A stretch of 63,686 nucleotides of DNA, filler included, from Bonamia ostreae (taxonomy: Eukaryota): NCBI GenBank assembly GCA_040357525.1. It is 54 parts of 54 records of this genome, joined end to end, with 100 filler letters (N's around TTAATTAATTAA, not from the genome) between each part and the next. Parts side by side here need not be neighbours in the genome. Positions count along the whole stretch, not along the records: positions 22,544 to 23,627 come from JBDODL010002770.1; positions 23,728 to 24,811 come from JBDODL010002771.1; positions 24,912 to 25,995 come from JBDODL010002772.1; positions 26,096 to 27,179 come from JBDODL010002773.1; positions 27,280 to 28,362 come from JBDODL010002774.1; positions 28,463 to 29,545 come from JBDODL010002775.1; positions 29,646 to 30,728 come from JBDODL010002776.1; positions 30,829 to 31,910 come from JBDODL010002777.1; 46 more parts are not named here. One strand, given 5' to 3'. The position numbers were made by a program, and so were the translations under genes. Position 1 is the first letter of the stretch; each line of letters opens with the position of its first letter. Of the stretch, positions 22,747 to 36,110 are shown one piece after another. The notes under the pieces were generated by a model that made no database searches, was not told the DNA's origin, and worked only from the letters and a program-made list of their open reading frames with translations.

Positions 22747-23560
22747 CACGAAGCGATGGCTATTTTTTTCAGCCAAACTGTCGCCTTTAGATCGCCTTAT
22801 TTTAATTTTCCCGTTTTGCTGCAGTCTTTGAATATTCAGATAACTTCTCCCGACATCCCTTCTCCTCATTCCCGAATTCGCGCAAAGCTCTTTAATCGTT
22901 CTCGGAACGCCGTCTAATTTACACGCGATGTAGGAGCACGCAACAATCAGGTTGTCTTTGTTTCTTCCTTTAACTTCACCAAGATCGAAGAGCTGCTTAA
23001 AAATCGATTGTGTTATCACCTTTAGAACAACATTATATTGTCATTCGATAAACTTTTACAGATCCGGAAAGCTTTAGTTTATAGTTGATTTCGTCGATCG
23101 TTTTGTAATGGTTGAAAAGTTGTTGCGATTTGCCCGACTAGTTGATTAATTTTACAAGCAAAATTTGAATCGCTATAAGCGAACTATATTTAGTTTGAAA
23201 GTCCGTTCCGTTTAATGGATTAAAAACAGATGCTCTGATTTGGTTTCTGGTCAAAATGTGGTTGTTGTTGGCTCCTTTGCCAATTTGGGTCGAACCGACT
23301 TCCTCTTCTTCCAAAAGAGGGTGAGAAGGCCCGCCGACTCTGTTCATATCGACTCCTTTGTCATTGGCTAATAAATCGCAAAAATTACATTCCGAAAAAG
23401 TTCTCCATTCGGTGTCGTCTGATATAATCCTGTGCCCCAATACAAGTCCACAGGAAGTGCACACGTTTTGGCCTTCCCTCGTATCTTTAACAACGACCGA
23501 CTGTACGCATTCAGGGCAAGTCGGTTGAATGGGCTCAACGTATTTGCTAAACTTTGGCAT
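22747..23560 (-). CDS. GTF2B: Transcription initiation factor IIB, 3' partial
   Basis: Zinc ribbon CPEC...CTSCGLVL, B-reader EWRTFS...NRVGGP and cyclin fold KGRNKDNLIVACSYIACKLDGVPRTIKEL. Three introns, including 23368-23388 (21 nt). Confidence 0.95.
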
Positions 23561-25261
23561 AAGAATAAACTAATTCGATTTTTAAAAGCTAAATTTTTTT
23601 GGTTATATAGCAAAAGCTTATACAAACNNNNNNNNNNNNNNNNNNNNNNNNNNNNNNNNNNNNNNNNNNNNTTAATTAATTAANNNNNNNNNNNNNNNNN
23701 NNNNNNNNNNNNNNNNNNNNNNNNNNNGCCATGGCTCGGGGCGACCTATACATGATATACTGAGATACACACACACAAGGATATATTTAACTTTATCGAT
23801 AAACTTCTGTGATTTGTATCTACTACTAATAGAAAATGGCTTTTTTGTATTTGTCATCATCCTATAGTTCAAAATGCTGTTTTAAGGATTATAATTTGTC
23901 CATTGTTTCTTCCAACACGTATAAAAATAAAATAAAAAATATTACACTTGGCATCTCCACAAACCACGGATAAAGACCAATGACAATATCCCCAGTGTGT
24001 TCCTAGAGACCTACTACCGTTTTGCATGGTGTCACATGCATGGACTATTCTAAATTACTAATATGGTGACAGTGCTATTGTTGATGCAAGTGAAATAAGT
24101 TAAATGGTGCGCGGTGAGCAGGTTGTTTAGGACCTAAACATTTTTCAAAGGTTTGGTGAAGACACATATCATTGTTAGTTCAAAGTGGAGGAGAGGCGGA
24201 TGAGATGACTCCACAACTGTATAAAATGTTTGACAGGTTTTATAGTCCTAAACCATATACAGCTTAATTTGTCTTTGATTTCTTAAAATTTTGGAAGGGC
24301 AATGTACACTCTTCAGTACATGGGTTCAATTGATAACATTGAGCCTAGAAGCAATACCTACTGCTATAATGGTGGTTGAGGCACTCAATATATTTTCAAA
24401 ATTTGTAGACAACGGAATCGGAACTTTGTTAGAATGATTTGATGCAATTACTTCAAGCATTGTAAATACCTTAAGAATTTGCTAGACCTCACTGGTTTTC
24501 AACTTAGATACACATCAGCGAGTCCAAGGCCGAATTCTTTCACAGAACATTTTAGAATTGACCCCAAAATGTATTTCTAACTCATGAATATTCTTTTTTA
24601 GTTTAATAGAATTGGGCCTGCAAGAAAATAGAGATAATTTTTTGATAAAGACACCTTCGTTTTTGGGAATCACAGACGCAGATTTAGTCCTATCATTCTA
24701 CTCATAACGGGTGTGATGTCTAAGTCTCAGGCTGGCTTTAAAAGGGTGAATAAACGATCGTTTACTTTTCCAATAAAAGACACAGTGTAGTTCAATGTTC
24801 ATTGCATTATTNNNNNNNNNNNNNNNNNNNNNNNNNNNNNNNNNNNNNNNNNNNNTTAATTAATTAANNNNNNNNNNNNNNNNNNNNNNNNNNNNNNNNN
24901 NNNNNNNNNNNTTTAATTCCATGTTACGTTATGAATGTATGACTGAAAATTTCCGAAAGCATATCCTACGCTAGATCGACTCAATGAAAATTGGATGTTC
25001 GCAGTTTGTATGGCGTGATGTAGTGCTCTTAAATCATTTGACATATGTGTTCACCTCTTTTCCCGTTATAAGATTTGATTAAGTATGCATTGATTTTAAG
25101 ATTTACAAAGCTATCGATCCTGAGTTTATAGTGAAAAAGAATGTAATTAGCCTAATATACCGATATGTAAACCACTAAAGGATACTCACCAGTTATATAA
25201 GTAGAAGAATTGATAGGAAAATAGCACATGTTATGTTAATAAGTCGGTCAGATATATAAAG

Positions 25262-25400
25262 AAATGGGACTCAGGGCGAGTGTGACCGGTCTACAGGGAA
25301 TTATTCTACTCCTAGGCACCTGCGCCCACCTCTGCTATATGCAGGGAGTCCGTGTTTTCTAAATTCTCTAGTCCGTATTACCTATACGAGGTTTAAGATC
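25262..25400 (+). mobile_element. Penelope-like terminal repeat fragment (host type)
   Basis: GGGCGAGTGTGACCGGTCTACAGGG...CTCCTAGGCACCTGCGCCCACCTCTG, same family as the other copies. Confidence 0.7.
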
Positions 25401-27477
25401 TTCACATTTCATGAAGAAATAAAACTACATTTTAAATGCTGTTGGAATCGTTTGTTAAGACATATTTATATGAAAACTCTCGAAATCAGTTTAAATTGTA
25501 AAACATTGAAATTGTTGCGTGTTTAGATGTTTGGTGATAATGTTTTACCGAAAGCGTCAGGATGTTAGCTGTATTTTGATGAATTTTGTGTTTTACCAAC
25601 AGTTGTGCTTGTCAATGTTTATACCCTAAGAGTAGCGTTGAAGTTTTTTTTTTGTATTTCTAATGATATATTGATAGCAGCCATATAGTGATGTGCCCAA
25701 AGCGCTTGTTTATCATGGTGTTATGATACGCATTGTCCTCAAGTAAACACCAATGCAGTGGGGTCAGTAGCTCCCTACCTTTGTATGAGACAGATTATAA
25801 AGACTGCAGTGTACATGCATGTATTAAATATGGCCTGACCTAACAAACCTGCATGTTCTTAACACTACTTTGAAAATTCATATTTTATCTCTCTGTTATA
25901 TTATTGTGTATAAAGTATATTACCAAAACAGATCTCATGATCAGTGATGTTATGGTTTTTCGTATTTGATTTTCGTAGATACTATATCACGGGACNNNNN
26001 NNNNNNNNNNNNNNNNNNNNNNNNNNNNNNNNNNNNNNNTTAATTAATTAANNNNNNNNNNNNNNNNNNNNNNNNNNNNNNNNNNNNNNNNNNNNGAATT
26101 AAACTGTTTAAATTATTTTAATATTTTCATCATGTAATTGCAAATTCATGATTATCATTACACATCTTGATGTAATATTTTAACAATATATTTTATAATG
26201 TTATGAGATAATAATTGAGAAAAAATGTGTTCGTTTCAAACCAATCTACAGAAGATAGTGTATAGAGCATGTCTTTTTTTAAATTATAGAAATTAGACAA
26301 AATGAGGAAAAACTTCCAAAACAATGTAATTGTGAAAAAAATGAAGGGAAAAATTATTTGGAGTGATCAAGTTGAAATAGTTGTTTCGTAATTCGTTTCA
26401 TTGTGGCTTTGGAATGATAAAGAGTGTAAACAACAAGAAATAATCATATGATTATTGCAATAGCACGATTAAAATACAAAATCAACACAGCAAATCAATA
26501 AGCAAATAAGCCTCGCACCACGGATGAGTGGAAAAGAAGTGTAGAGATAAGATTCAAGGTCAGTACACTTTTTTTCAAGGTGAAACAAATCAAAGCAAGA
26601 ATCATGAAATTCTAAAATCAAAACATAGAACTATTTGTATCCGTGCATNNNNNNNNNNTTTGAATTTTTTTTATTTTTTTTTGTTTTAATTTAATTTTTG
26701 TATTAATATTAAATTGTTTTAAATTTTTTTAATTTGTTTAACTTTATACTTTTAACTTTTTTTAATGTTTTAATTTTTGTATATTGAATTGATTGAATTT
26801 TTTCTTTATATTTTTTTGATTTTTATTTTATTTATGTTAATATGTTATTTTTTTTTCAGATTTTTTTTATTCTATTTTGTAAGGTCTATTTTGTTTTCTT
26901 TTTTCTTTTTTATCAATTTTAAGATGAAAAAAATAAAATCTAATCTTGAGACCAGAATATGAAAAGTAGAAAGTTACAAATCCGTAACTATGCTTATTTC
27001 TAATAATGTTTGAACTTAATTTGAAAGTTTTGAAGTTAAAAAAATAGCGTAGTTTTGCAAATGCTAATTATGGCTAAGATAAGGAAGTATAGGTAAAAAC
27101 CTTGCAACGAGAAATAAAATCGTGTCTTTCTGTTGTTAATGTGTTTTCAGTTCCAGCGTTATATTGCTTAATGTGATGGNNNNNNNNNNNNNNNNNNNNN
27201 NNNNNNNNNNNNNNNNNNNNNNNTTAATTAATTAANNNNNNNNNNNNNNNNNNNNNNNNNNNNNNNNNNNNNNNNNNNNAGTAGTAAAAGTTTCGTTGAA
27301 AGCAGTTTTTTTCCAACTCCAAATGGCAGGTCTCTTTATCAAAAAAAAAAAAAAAAGAAATATTTTCCCCCCAAATTTTTTCAAACAAATCCGTCTCTTA
27401 AAATTTCTTCAGCATATATCTTGATCAAAAGAATAAAAAATGCTGTTATAATTAGCAGTTAAAAGTCCAAAAATATA

Positions 27478-28350
27478 ATAATTCTAATAAATGCAATTAG
27501 ACACAAGAAAATCAAGAAAATGCTCCCAGAATGCAACATCTTGGGTGTTTGGGGGTCCCCCTATGAACGGCACCTACTGTTTTCGCTTTGCGCCGTAGTG
27601 AGGCCGGTGCCCTTTAATTGCAACTCCTGGATCCACTCCTGAAAAGAAATGCACCCTACACACGTATAGAAATCTCTATAAATACTACAGTGTGTGTACA
27701 CTTGTATTTTAAAAATGCCCCCGAAATAGAAATGATAAAGACACTATTAAAGGTATCAAAATAAACAAGCGATCAAGTTATATTCATGACTGTAATGGCA
27801 TGTTTTATTACAAATATAACTTTAAAAACATATTTCATTTCTATTTGAGGTATAGTGATATTGTGTTAAATTGTGGAGTGATTTTCAATTATTAGGGTAA
27901 GTCAAGGTTTAGACTGTTTGCGGCTGCGCATGGAAATATTGTACTATGGAATACCTGACGATATGTTTAGATGTTTGGATTCGGTAAAACTGTTTTTGGA
28001 TTTAAATTCTTCAAACTACGATAATTGAATATCTCCAGTATCAATTAAGGTATATTACAAAGAGATTGAAAGATAACGAAAATTCACTTGTATTGAATTA
28101 CGATAGTGTACTTTCGTTTTGAAACAGTAATCTGAATGCAGTTTGAAACCGAAAGAGGTGTATGGATATGGAATAATACATGTAACCATGTATACATGTA
28201 TGTATCATGGGCGTGTGTATCGGAAGCAAAATACGTGTAAACCTCTGTTTGTGTGTGTTTTCTAAAAGTAAAAAAAAAATTATTATTCTAATAAATGCCT
28301 TTAGACACAGGAAAATCAATAAAATGGGTGTTTGGGGTTCCCCCTATTCT
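27478..28350. repeat. Two direct partial copies of a dispersed host repeat (about 27478-27565 and 28281-28348)
   Basis: ATTCTAATAAATGC..TTAGACACA.GAAAATCAA...GGGTGTTTGGGG.TCCCCCTAT occurs twice. The first copy is followed by CCTGGATCCACTCCTG, which resembles mollusc MITE ends. Confidence 0.55.
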
Positions 28351-28462
28351 CGTTAGAGAAGTNNNNNNNNNNNNNNNNNNNNNNNNNNNNNNNNNNNNNN
28401 NNNNNNTTAATTAATTAANNNNNNNNNNNNNNNNNNNNNNNNNNNNNNNNNNNNNNNNNNNN

Positions 28463-29419
28463 GAGAACATCGTCCATGATCTGAAACGACAGCCCCAAAT
28501 TTTTCCCGTATCGAAAAGCGTTTTCGACCGTCTCATCGTCGCAGCCCTTCAAAACAGCGACGGATTTGCAAGAATTGGCGATCAGAGAAGCCGTTTTCAG
28601 AAAGTTTTTGTGACAATAAGTGTTGAGCACTGTCTCCAAATCAAAGCCGTCACCTATTTCTATCCGAATCAGTTCGCCGTTCACCAGATCTTCGATCGAA
28701 CTCGAAATCAGTTTTATGACTTCGTTGTCGCCCAAAATCGCCAAACTTATTGAAGCTTTGGCCAGAAAGTAGTCTCCGCCGAGAATGGCTACTTTGTTGC
28801 CGTATCGTTTTCTCACCGACTCTCCGCCGCGACGAGAATCCGCTTCATCGATCACGTCGTCGTGGAGGATGGAACCGGTGTGCACCAATTCGACTATTTC
28901 GGAGAGCCGCTTTTGTCTCTCGAAAACGCCGCGATAGTCCAATCCGTTCGTGTCGGCGAGGTCGGCCGTCCGCGCGACTTTTTCGGATCGGGTCGGAGAG
29001 CAGTTCTGGAGCGCTTTCGATAGCAACAGAGTGATGCTCGGACGCAGTTTTTTGCCTGACCGCTCTACGATGTGGCGCATTATCGCAGACAAAGACGGGT
29101 TTTGCCCGGAAACGATTTTGCTTTGGTTGGCGAAGAAAACGTGAAGTTGTGAGTGAACTCGTTGAGACTGGCTTTGATCAAATGGAATGGGTTTGAGTTG
29201 ATGTCTAGAGCGTCCATCTTCGAGGCCAGGTTTCTGGCTTTGGCTCTGTTGATCGCTTTAATGTAATTTTCGGGGGAAATCGCTTTTTTGGAAAGGCTTT
29301 TTAGAGTGGATAATCCAAAGTTCTCGGCGAGCATCATCAAGTTTTTAAAGCTAAATTTGGTCTGCTCGAATTTTTACGTTCTTTGTATAAAAGCTGTTTT
29401 GGGCGGTTTGGATTTTTGT
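28463..29419 (-). CDS. COQ1: Long-chain trans-polyprenyl diphosphate synthase (Coq1/PDSS1), partial
   Basis: SGKKLRP, ELVHTGSILHDDVID (FARM), RRG, GNKVAILGGDYFLAKAS, KTASLIANSC and FQIMDDVL (SARM). Introns 29121-29140 (20 nt) and 29351-29377 (27 nt). Confidence 0.92.
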
Positions 29420-29645
29420 CTAAATTGAAAGTTTTATTTTCGCGGACAAAATTTTATTTTATTTTCTATTTTAGTCGAAAAAATGTTTTATGTTTAGAGG
29501 ACAAAATTTTATTTTATTTTCTATTTTAGTCGAAAAAATGTTTTTNNNNNNNNNNNNNNNNNNNNNNNNNNNNNNNNNNNNNNNNNNNNTTAATTAATTA
29601 ANNNNNNNNNNNNNNNNNNNNNNNNNNNNNNNNNNNNNNNNNNNN

Positions 29646-30479
29646 GCCGTTTCCTGCATTCGAATCAGAGTCATTTTTCATAGTCTGTTTTCCTAACACC
29701 ATTTTTAAATCTTTTCGTTATTAAAAATTGCTATTTGAAACAAATCCAGCAATATAATTAGACATTTAGCAAAAAAATTTAGCCAAAAATAATTTTTATT
29801 TTCCAAAATTAAAAAAAAATCGAAGAAAAAAGGTTACACATAAAATAATTTTACTTTCCAATAATTATCTCGAAGATAATTACCGTTGAAAATTTCATTG
29901 CGCGCATTTTTGCTTTCACAAACTCGTTTCACTAATTGTTCGTACCATTTGTCCCGTTCGTCTTGATTTTTGAACTTTATTTCAAAAATTCTTGTTTTTA
30001 ATGGCTTTACATGTAATTGAGTGTATCCAAATTTTTCTATTTTCACAATGCAAAAATGGGGCACTATTGCTTTTTTTTAATTGTAAAAATTAATTTATGG
30101 AGAAAGTTTTGTCTGGCTAATTAAACCACAGGGCGAATTATTTGAAGTTGGAGTTTTCCAAAGAAAGGCGTCGTCGAAGAGATAGAATATCCTCTTTTGC
30201 CAAAACGTGAAAATGGTGTTTCTTTTTGGCTTTTTCTTTTTTGCTTCGATTTTCAAAATCGGCTCCTAAATTTTTTTAATTCGTAAAACAAAAAATCTTG
30301 TAGAACAAAAAGAAATTAATAAAAACGACTCCAATATATTTGAGCTCTTTATATTTTTCGAAAATGCTCCGAACGTCTTTAATACTTTGAGAAAAATTTT
30401 GATATTCATCCTTCTTTTCTGGACACACTAAATCTATGCTTGGATTCTCATAACTCTTTAAAACAATAAAAATTACCAT
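29646..30479 (-). CDS. PH-domain protein, 3' partial
   Basis: The spliced product has TFWQKRIFYLFDD...PCAIVP...RIFEIKFKNQDERDKWYEQL, a PH fold with the terminal Trp helix. Four inferred GT-AG introns. Confidence 0.75.
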
Positions 30480-33301
30480 TGATAAGCTTAAAGATTTGAA
30501 TATAATCCGATTTTTCGTTTTGTTTATAATATTATAACAAATTTAAGTTGACTAAATAACAGTTTTTCATAATAACAGTTTTTGTTTAATAACAGAAAAT
30601 ATAGTTTTTCAGTGTTTTTTCCATTTTTGCATTTTTTTCCCTCAAATTCGTTTCAAAGTAATTATTGTTCTTTAAAATGCAGAATATTGTAGCAATGATT
30701 TCACCCTTTTTCATCACAAATATTTTTANNNNNNNNNNNNNNNNNNNNNNNNNNNNNNNNNNNNNNNNNNNNTTAATTAATTAANNNNNNNNNNNNNNNN
30801 NNNNNNNNNNNNNNNNNNNNNNNNNNNNACCCTGCCAGTGAGCTGTCCAAAATCGAGTCTGAAGTCGCACAGTGTACATCCTGTCCAATTTCTGAGATGC
30901 ATGACATCAATGTGCGAACAATCCTGAGTTTCTGGGAAAAGGTAATTTTACACCATAAACCTAGAATATATCTGCAACACAATATTTCATTTTCATAACT
31001 TTTCTAAGATAATGAAATGTGTATGCCCCATCATGCAAAGACCGGGACATATACCCATTTCATTCTGTCTGTCATAGTTGTGATTTTACATACTGTTTAA
31101 GTTCACATGAGGTGAAATTGCTATTTAGTTCCAGTGTTTGATATTTATCTTTCTTAAGAACAACTAGCCTAAGACTAATTCTAAGCAGACTTATAGTATG
31201 CATTGAATATATGGGGATCGGGCCACCTTTCAAAGAAACATACTGTCATAAACAAAAAATGATCTTATGGTAATGTTTTTCAGTAAAATTCCCAAAACCT
31301 GCTGAGGGAGAAAATAGTCTTAAATTTTATGACGTTGCTTTGTATAATGAAGATTCAAGTTTGTTGGAGTTCGGAGACCTGGTGTGTTGGGAATGTTAAC
31401 ATATTTTGTACTAGAGATAATCACACAATAATAGTGAATGTTGATTTTGTACTACTGGGTATACCAAGGATTTGAAACTAGAGTTATCCTGTGTTTGTTA
31501 GTTTTACATCTTGTTGCATTTATCTTATCTCTTGTAAGTCTTCTACAATTTATATAAAATGATAAATAATCACATTGGATTCCATACTTCATGTGACCTA
31601 TGAAAACATAGAAGATATTCTCATGCTGTGTCTTGACTCGGCACCAATTCACTTGGAGAGGAAGGTGCATCATTGTTGTCCATGCCTTGTCATTGCGACA
31701 CAAACATTTCTTTTGATCCAGAGGTATGACATGCTCTGAGTCTAGGTCATTAGTCCAAGGTTATAGATTAAAAGATGTTCAGTTTAAAGAATTATTTTCA
31801 TATGACCCTGAACTGACGGATTTTGACCAAGATCGGGATCACTGATTAAAATGTTGAAAATATTTTGGCTAGAGGATGATATTGTAATGGAATCATTAGA
31901 AAAATATTCANNNNNNNNNNNNNNNNNNNNNNNNNNNNNNNNNNNNNNNNNNNNTTAATTAATTAANNNNNNNNNNNNNNNNNNNNNNNNNNNNNNNNNN
32001 NNNNNNNNNNTGCAGAAATTTATTTTTAAGCAATCAGGACCACACATGTCATTTTAAATATTATATAGGAATATACAGATATTTACCCTACGCTTTCTTT
32101 ACATTTGGATATTCATTAAGATCGATGTGTTAGTAAGTGTCGTAGTTCAAATGATAATAAGTATTCGGAAATTATGGCAACGTATTGTTGATTTTTTCCC
32201 TCATGTATGGTTCATAGATTGTATGTATATGGAGTTTTCGATGTTTGAATGCTAGTTCGACATTGATACTACTGCAGGTGTTAATTACAGTAGTTGGACA
32301 AATACCTCAGAGACAATTTCTTCATTTAGTTTTACATGATGATATCTGTCACTCGACCGGATATGATTTCGCTTTTTCGCATACAAACGATGCCGCAACA
32401 TTGAAATATATGGTTATTAGGAGAGATAAAACGTTGTTATATATTCTTGCAAAAGAACATGGATATCATGAAAATGCATCGCATCGTTAATATTTTGCCA
32501 TATCCATCGCATATCGTCAATTCGGGGTGTATTATGTAGCAAAGAACGATTACCTACATTGTCTAACAGCAATAAAAAGCACCTTCTTTTTACCACAACC
32601 ATTTATGTTTCTTTTGCTTATTTCAAATAAATTTCAACAAACAATTCTAATAATGCACTTGTGCCTAGTCGTTGTCGAGAAGCAAAGACTTTTCTTATTC
32701 GACCTGCTTACATTAGGTGCGATTTTCAAACCACAAAATAGTATCAAATTTCCGTAACGGATATCATAAATCAAAACCTGAAGACTTATAAAATTTCAAA
32801 GTAAACATAAAATACATTTGACAAGCAGAAATGATGGAAACTGACTAAATAGATATTTACACCTTGACACAGTGATAAAATTCAATGTTAAGACAACGTG
32901 TCATGTTCACGTCATATAGATTAGTATGAATAAAATCAATGTACTTTCTTCCACTGCATTGTGATTTTTTAGAACTTTATCTTAGCTGCAAAATAGATGA
33001 CATTTTAAGAAAGAAAGTAGTGATATAAAGTGGGATAATGAAATGATGTCATGCGTCAAACTATGTCGGTTTGTTAGTAAATGTTACAAAANNNNNNNNN
33101 NNNNNNNNNNNNNNNNNNNNNNNNNNNNNNNNNNNTTAATTAATTAANNNNNNNNNNNNNNNNNNNNNNNNNNNNNNNNNNNNNNNNNNNNCCTAAAAAA
33201 TTTCGTTAAAAAATCGGTTTTATTGACAAAAAGGCTCTTTTTGTCCGAAATTGAAATTTTGTTCACAAAATTTTTTATTTGATCAGTTCATAAAAATAAA
33301 T

Positions 33302-33805
33302 TTATTTATTGAGATATTTGGACAAAACGGATCGCAATTTCGATTTCTTTTTATTTTTCAAAATTTTTTTCGATTTCTTCAAAATCGGATCTTCTCTCAA
33401 CTTTCTTTCTGAATCCAAAATCAAATTTCCTTTCTCGCTAAATGGACATTCTCTGTCCGCTTGAACAAATTTTTATTAGCAAAATTTACTTTTAAAATTC
33501 GAATTAGAAACCGGCTCGATGGCCGAAATTCTTGCAACGCCAACATTGCATGATTTTAACTTCTTTTCCGAGTGGCTGGAAAAGCCCTTTGCTCGGCGCT
33601 TTCTCCAAAAATCGTTTCACTTCTCTGTTTTCTCTAAACTTTAAAATTTCTACTTTGTGTCGGGAATGTGTTCGGCCGATTTGATCCTTTCTTCTTTCGA
33701 GTCACTTTTTCGAAGTCCGTAATTTTTCCTTTTTACTCCGATTTCGGACTTTTCTTCCAATAAATCTTTATATCCTTTGCTCCTCTTCAATTCCGAATAT
33801 TCCAT
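33302..33805 (-). CDS. RP9: RP9/PAP-1 splicing-associated zinc-knuckle protein
   Basis: IPD...FLEKAPSKGLFQPLGKEVKIMQCWRCKNFGHRAADRECPF...GN...EDP matches RP9. Introns 33634-33653 (20 nt) and one of about 50 nt. The 3' end is uncertain. Confidence 0.9.
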
Positions 33806-34100
33806 TTTTTGCTTTGCGGTACAAATTATTATTAGGGCCTTTTAATATAAAACGATGCAACAAAAATTTGATTATAAACGGTTTCTGTTTCTCTCTTTTT
33901 TGTTAAATTCTTTTATCAAATAAAAATTTGTTAGTAATAAATCAACAAAAGACTAAACGTGCTTTTTATGTAAATTGTTTAATATTTTAAAGTTTAGTGA
34001 ACGGCGTTTGATAAAAATATATTTGATTTTACTAAAACCTTTATCGAGCTTATTCCGTTTATGATCCAAAAATTAAGTTTCTGGGCCGAAAAGATTGCAG

Positions 34101-34272
34101 TTCCAAGTTTCACATTAAAATTCGTTATAAAGCCAAATGTTATTCCAATTTGGTCAAAAAACTCAATCGGCTGCGGAACATTGGCATTTGCGCCCACATC
34201 GATTCCGGAAAAACCACTTTGACTGAACGCGTTCTTTTTTACACCGGGAAAATCAAGAAAATGCACGAAGTC
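34101..34272 (+). CDS. GFM1: Mitochondrial elongation factor G, N-terminal GTPase fragment
   Basis: [34 protein letters not shown]. The start codon lies upstream across an unresolved intron (candidate ATG at 33855). Confidence 0.9.
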
Positions 34273-35594
34273 NNNNNNNNNNNNNNNNNNNNNNNNNNNN
34301 NNNNNNNNNNNNNNNNTTAATTAATTAANNNNNNNNNNNNNNNNNNNNNNNNNNNNNNNNNNNNNNNNNNNNAGTTTGTCAACATAGAAATGGCGAAACA
34401 ATTAATCCCTTTGAAAACCCCAAAATCGTCTGCGCCGTCTCACAGTGTTGAAAAATTAAAACATTCATCACCAGACTTAACATTGATTCATTGAGATATC
34501 AATTTTAAAGAAATGGATCCGATTTCAATCATATTCAACTAAGAATGTGACATGAAACTTTCAAAGAATTCATAAACATAAGAATATTTTATCTGTTCAT
34601 CATCACATTTTCCCATTTCAGAGAAGCATTATAAGCATCATATTTGTATGGCATCTAGGGAAGAGTTTGACGGAGAAATTCACTTCATAAGAGTGTTTAC
34701 AGACGGATTCAACCAATGTTACATCTTCAACCAGACACAACCTAAAACTTAAAACCTTACCAGACGCGAACATTCCCTAAACAATCTCTGCTTTGCGTCT
34801 GATTTTGAGTTCACTAAAACCCAGATTCAGCTGATCTAGCCGTGTCTGATGTTTGCTGCCGGCCGGCACAGTCTGTCCCCTGTGCATTCCAGATTCACAC
34901 TTTTTATATATCAATATATATCGATATTTATTTTGCCATTTGAATTACAAAATTGTGGAAGATGCATACTATATGTCTGATATTTTTGTCTATATATTTC
35001 ACATATATATTGTCAAACTTAAAGGTCACTTCCTGAAGCCTCTTGGAAAGTATGTTACGGACTTTCTTCATATTGGGCCAACATAAACGTTGAATTTGCA
35101 TTCTCGTGCTGGATGACTTGGCGTTCATTCATTCTAATACAGTGTTCATTGATATTTTAATTTTGAAAATGTATAAATTGCTTATTTATTAATTCCTGTT
35201 GTATTTCTATCAGGCTCATAATTCTTCATTTATATTGTATATCTTCTGCCTGTTTTGCATAATTCTCTCATAATTCCCAGAAGCAATATAAAATAGATAG
35301 TAGGGCACACACAGCCCCTGGATGTTCATAGTTGGGGTAACATGATACACGTAGAAGATATACCAAACACAAATGGACAATTACAGAATACAAATAAAAT
35401 ATAATGCAATACAATTTGTGAAATATAAAACACAAAGAAACAATTATCGAAANNNNNNNNNNNNNNNNNNNNNNNNNNNNNNNNNNNNNNNNNNNNTTAA
35501 TTAATTAANNNNNNNNNNNNNNNNNNNNNNNNNNNNNNNNNNNNNNNNNNNNCGTTGAAACGATCTGCATGTAATTTACTAATATGTCATTGAT

Positions 35595-35825
35595 TCAAAT
35601 GGCGTGTTTCATGCGAATTGTTAGGCCACTTTTTACACACTTATTTTAGCTATCGATAACTTCGTTTACCTGATCGATATATAGGGTTCACGATGAGTGT
35701 GAACTGTTGACAAGGGATGGATACTCCTCCTATGCACCTCTGGTATGCCCACGGGTCCATATTTGCCCAACTACTAATTTTGTATACTTTATAGGAGATA
35801 TGAGATTGTTCAATGGTTTTCTACT
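35595..35825 (+). mobile_element. Penelope-like 3' end fragment (host type)
   Basis: GTTTACCTGATCGATATATAGGGTTCACG...TTTGCCCAACT...TTTATAGGAGATATGAGATTG. Confidence 0.7.
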
Positions 35826-35926
35826 TGTCTGATCATACGTTTAACTTGCTTAATCATTTGATTTTACTACTCAATGAATGCAGAAAATGATGAAATCACA
35901 GCGATGAATACGATGACATTGCGTAC

Positions 35927-36110
35927 CTGCTGAGCAGACTCCATTAGTGGAGCAGTTACCTGGACACACCATTTTCCCAATTGTATCGATCACTGATTCT
36001 GTTTGTGTATCATTTGGTGAGTAGAAAATCTCGTAGTTCTTTATTTGGTCGAAACATAATCGGTTAAGTGATTCAGCGGTGTAGCTAACAAATTCTGTTG
36101 TTCCGGAATC
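35927..36110 (-). CDS. Host-type exon of a VWDE-like (vWF-D/EGF) protein
   Basis: 184-nt exon between AG and GTACG, reading DSGTTEF...LC...IGKMVCPGNCSTNGVCSA, the start of an EGF-like repeat typical of mollusc VWDE proteins. Confidence 0.55.

Noticed and set aside
26659-26962. Phe/Ile-rich ORF resembling a mitochondrial or pan-edited gene
   Set aside because: It is low-complexity T-rich sequence next to an N gap with no motif, likely low-quality.
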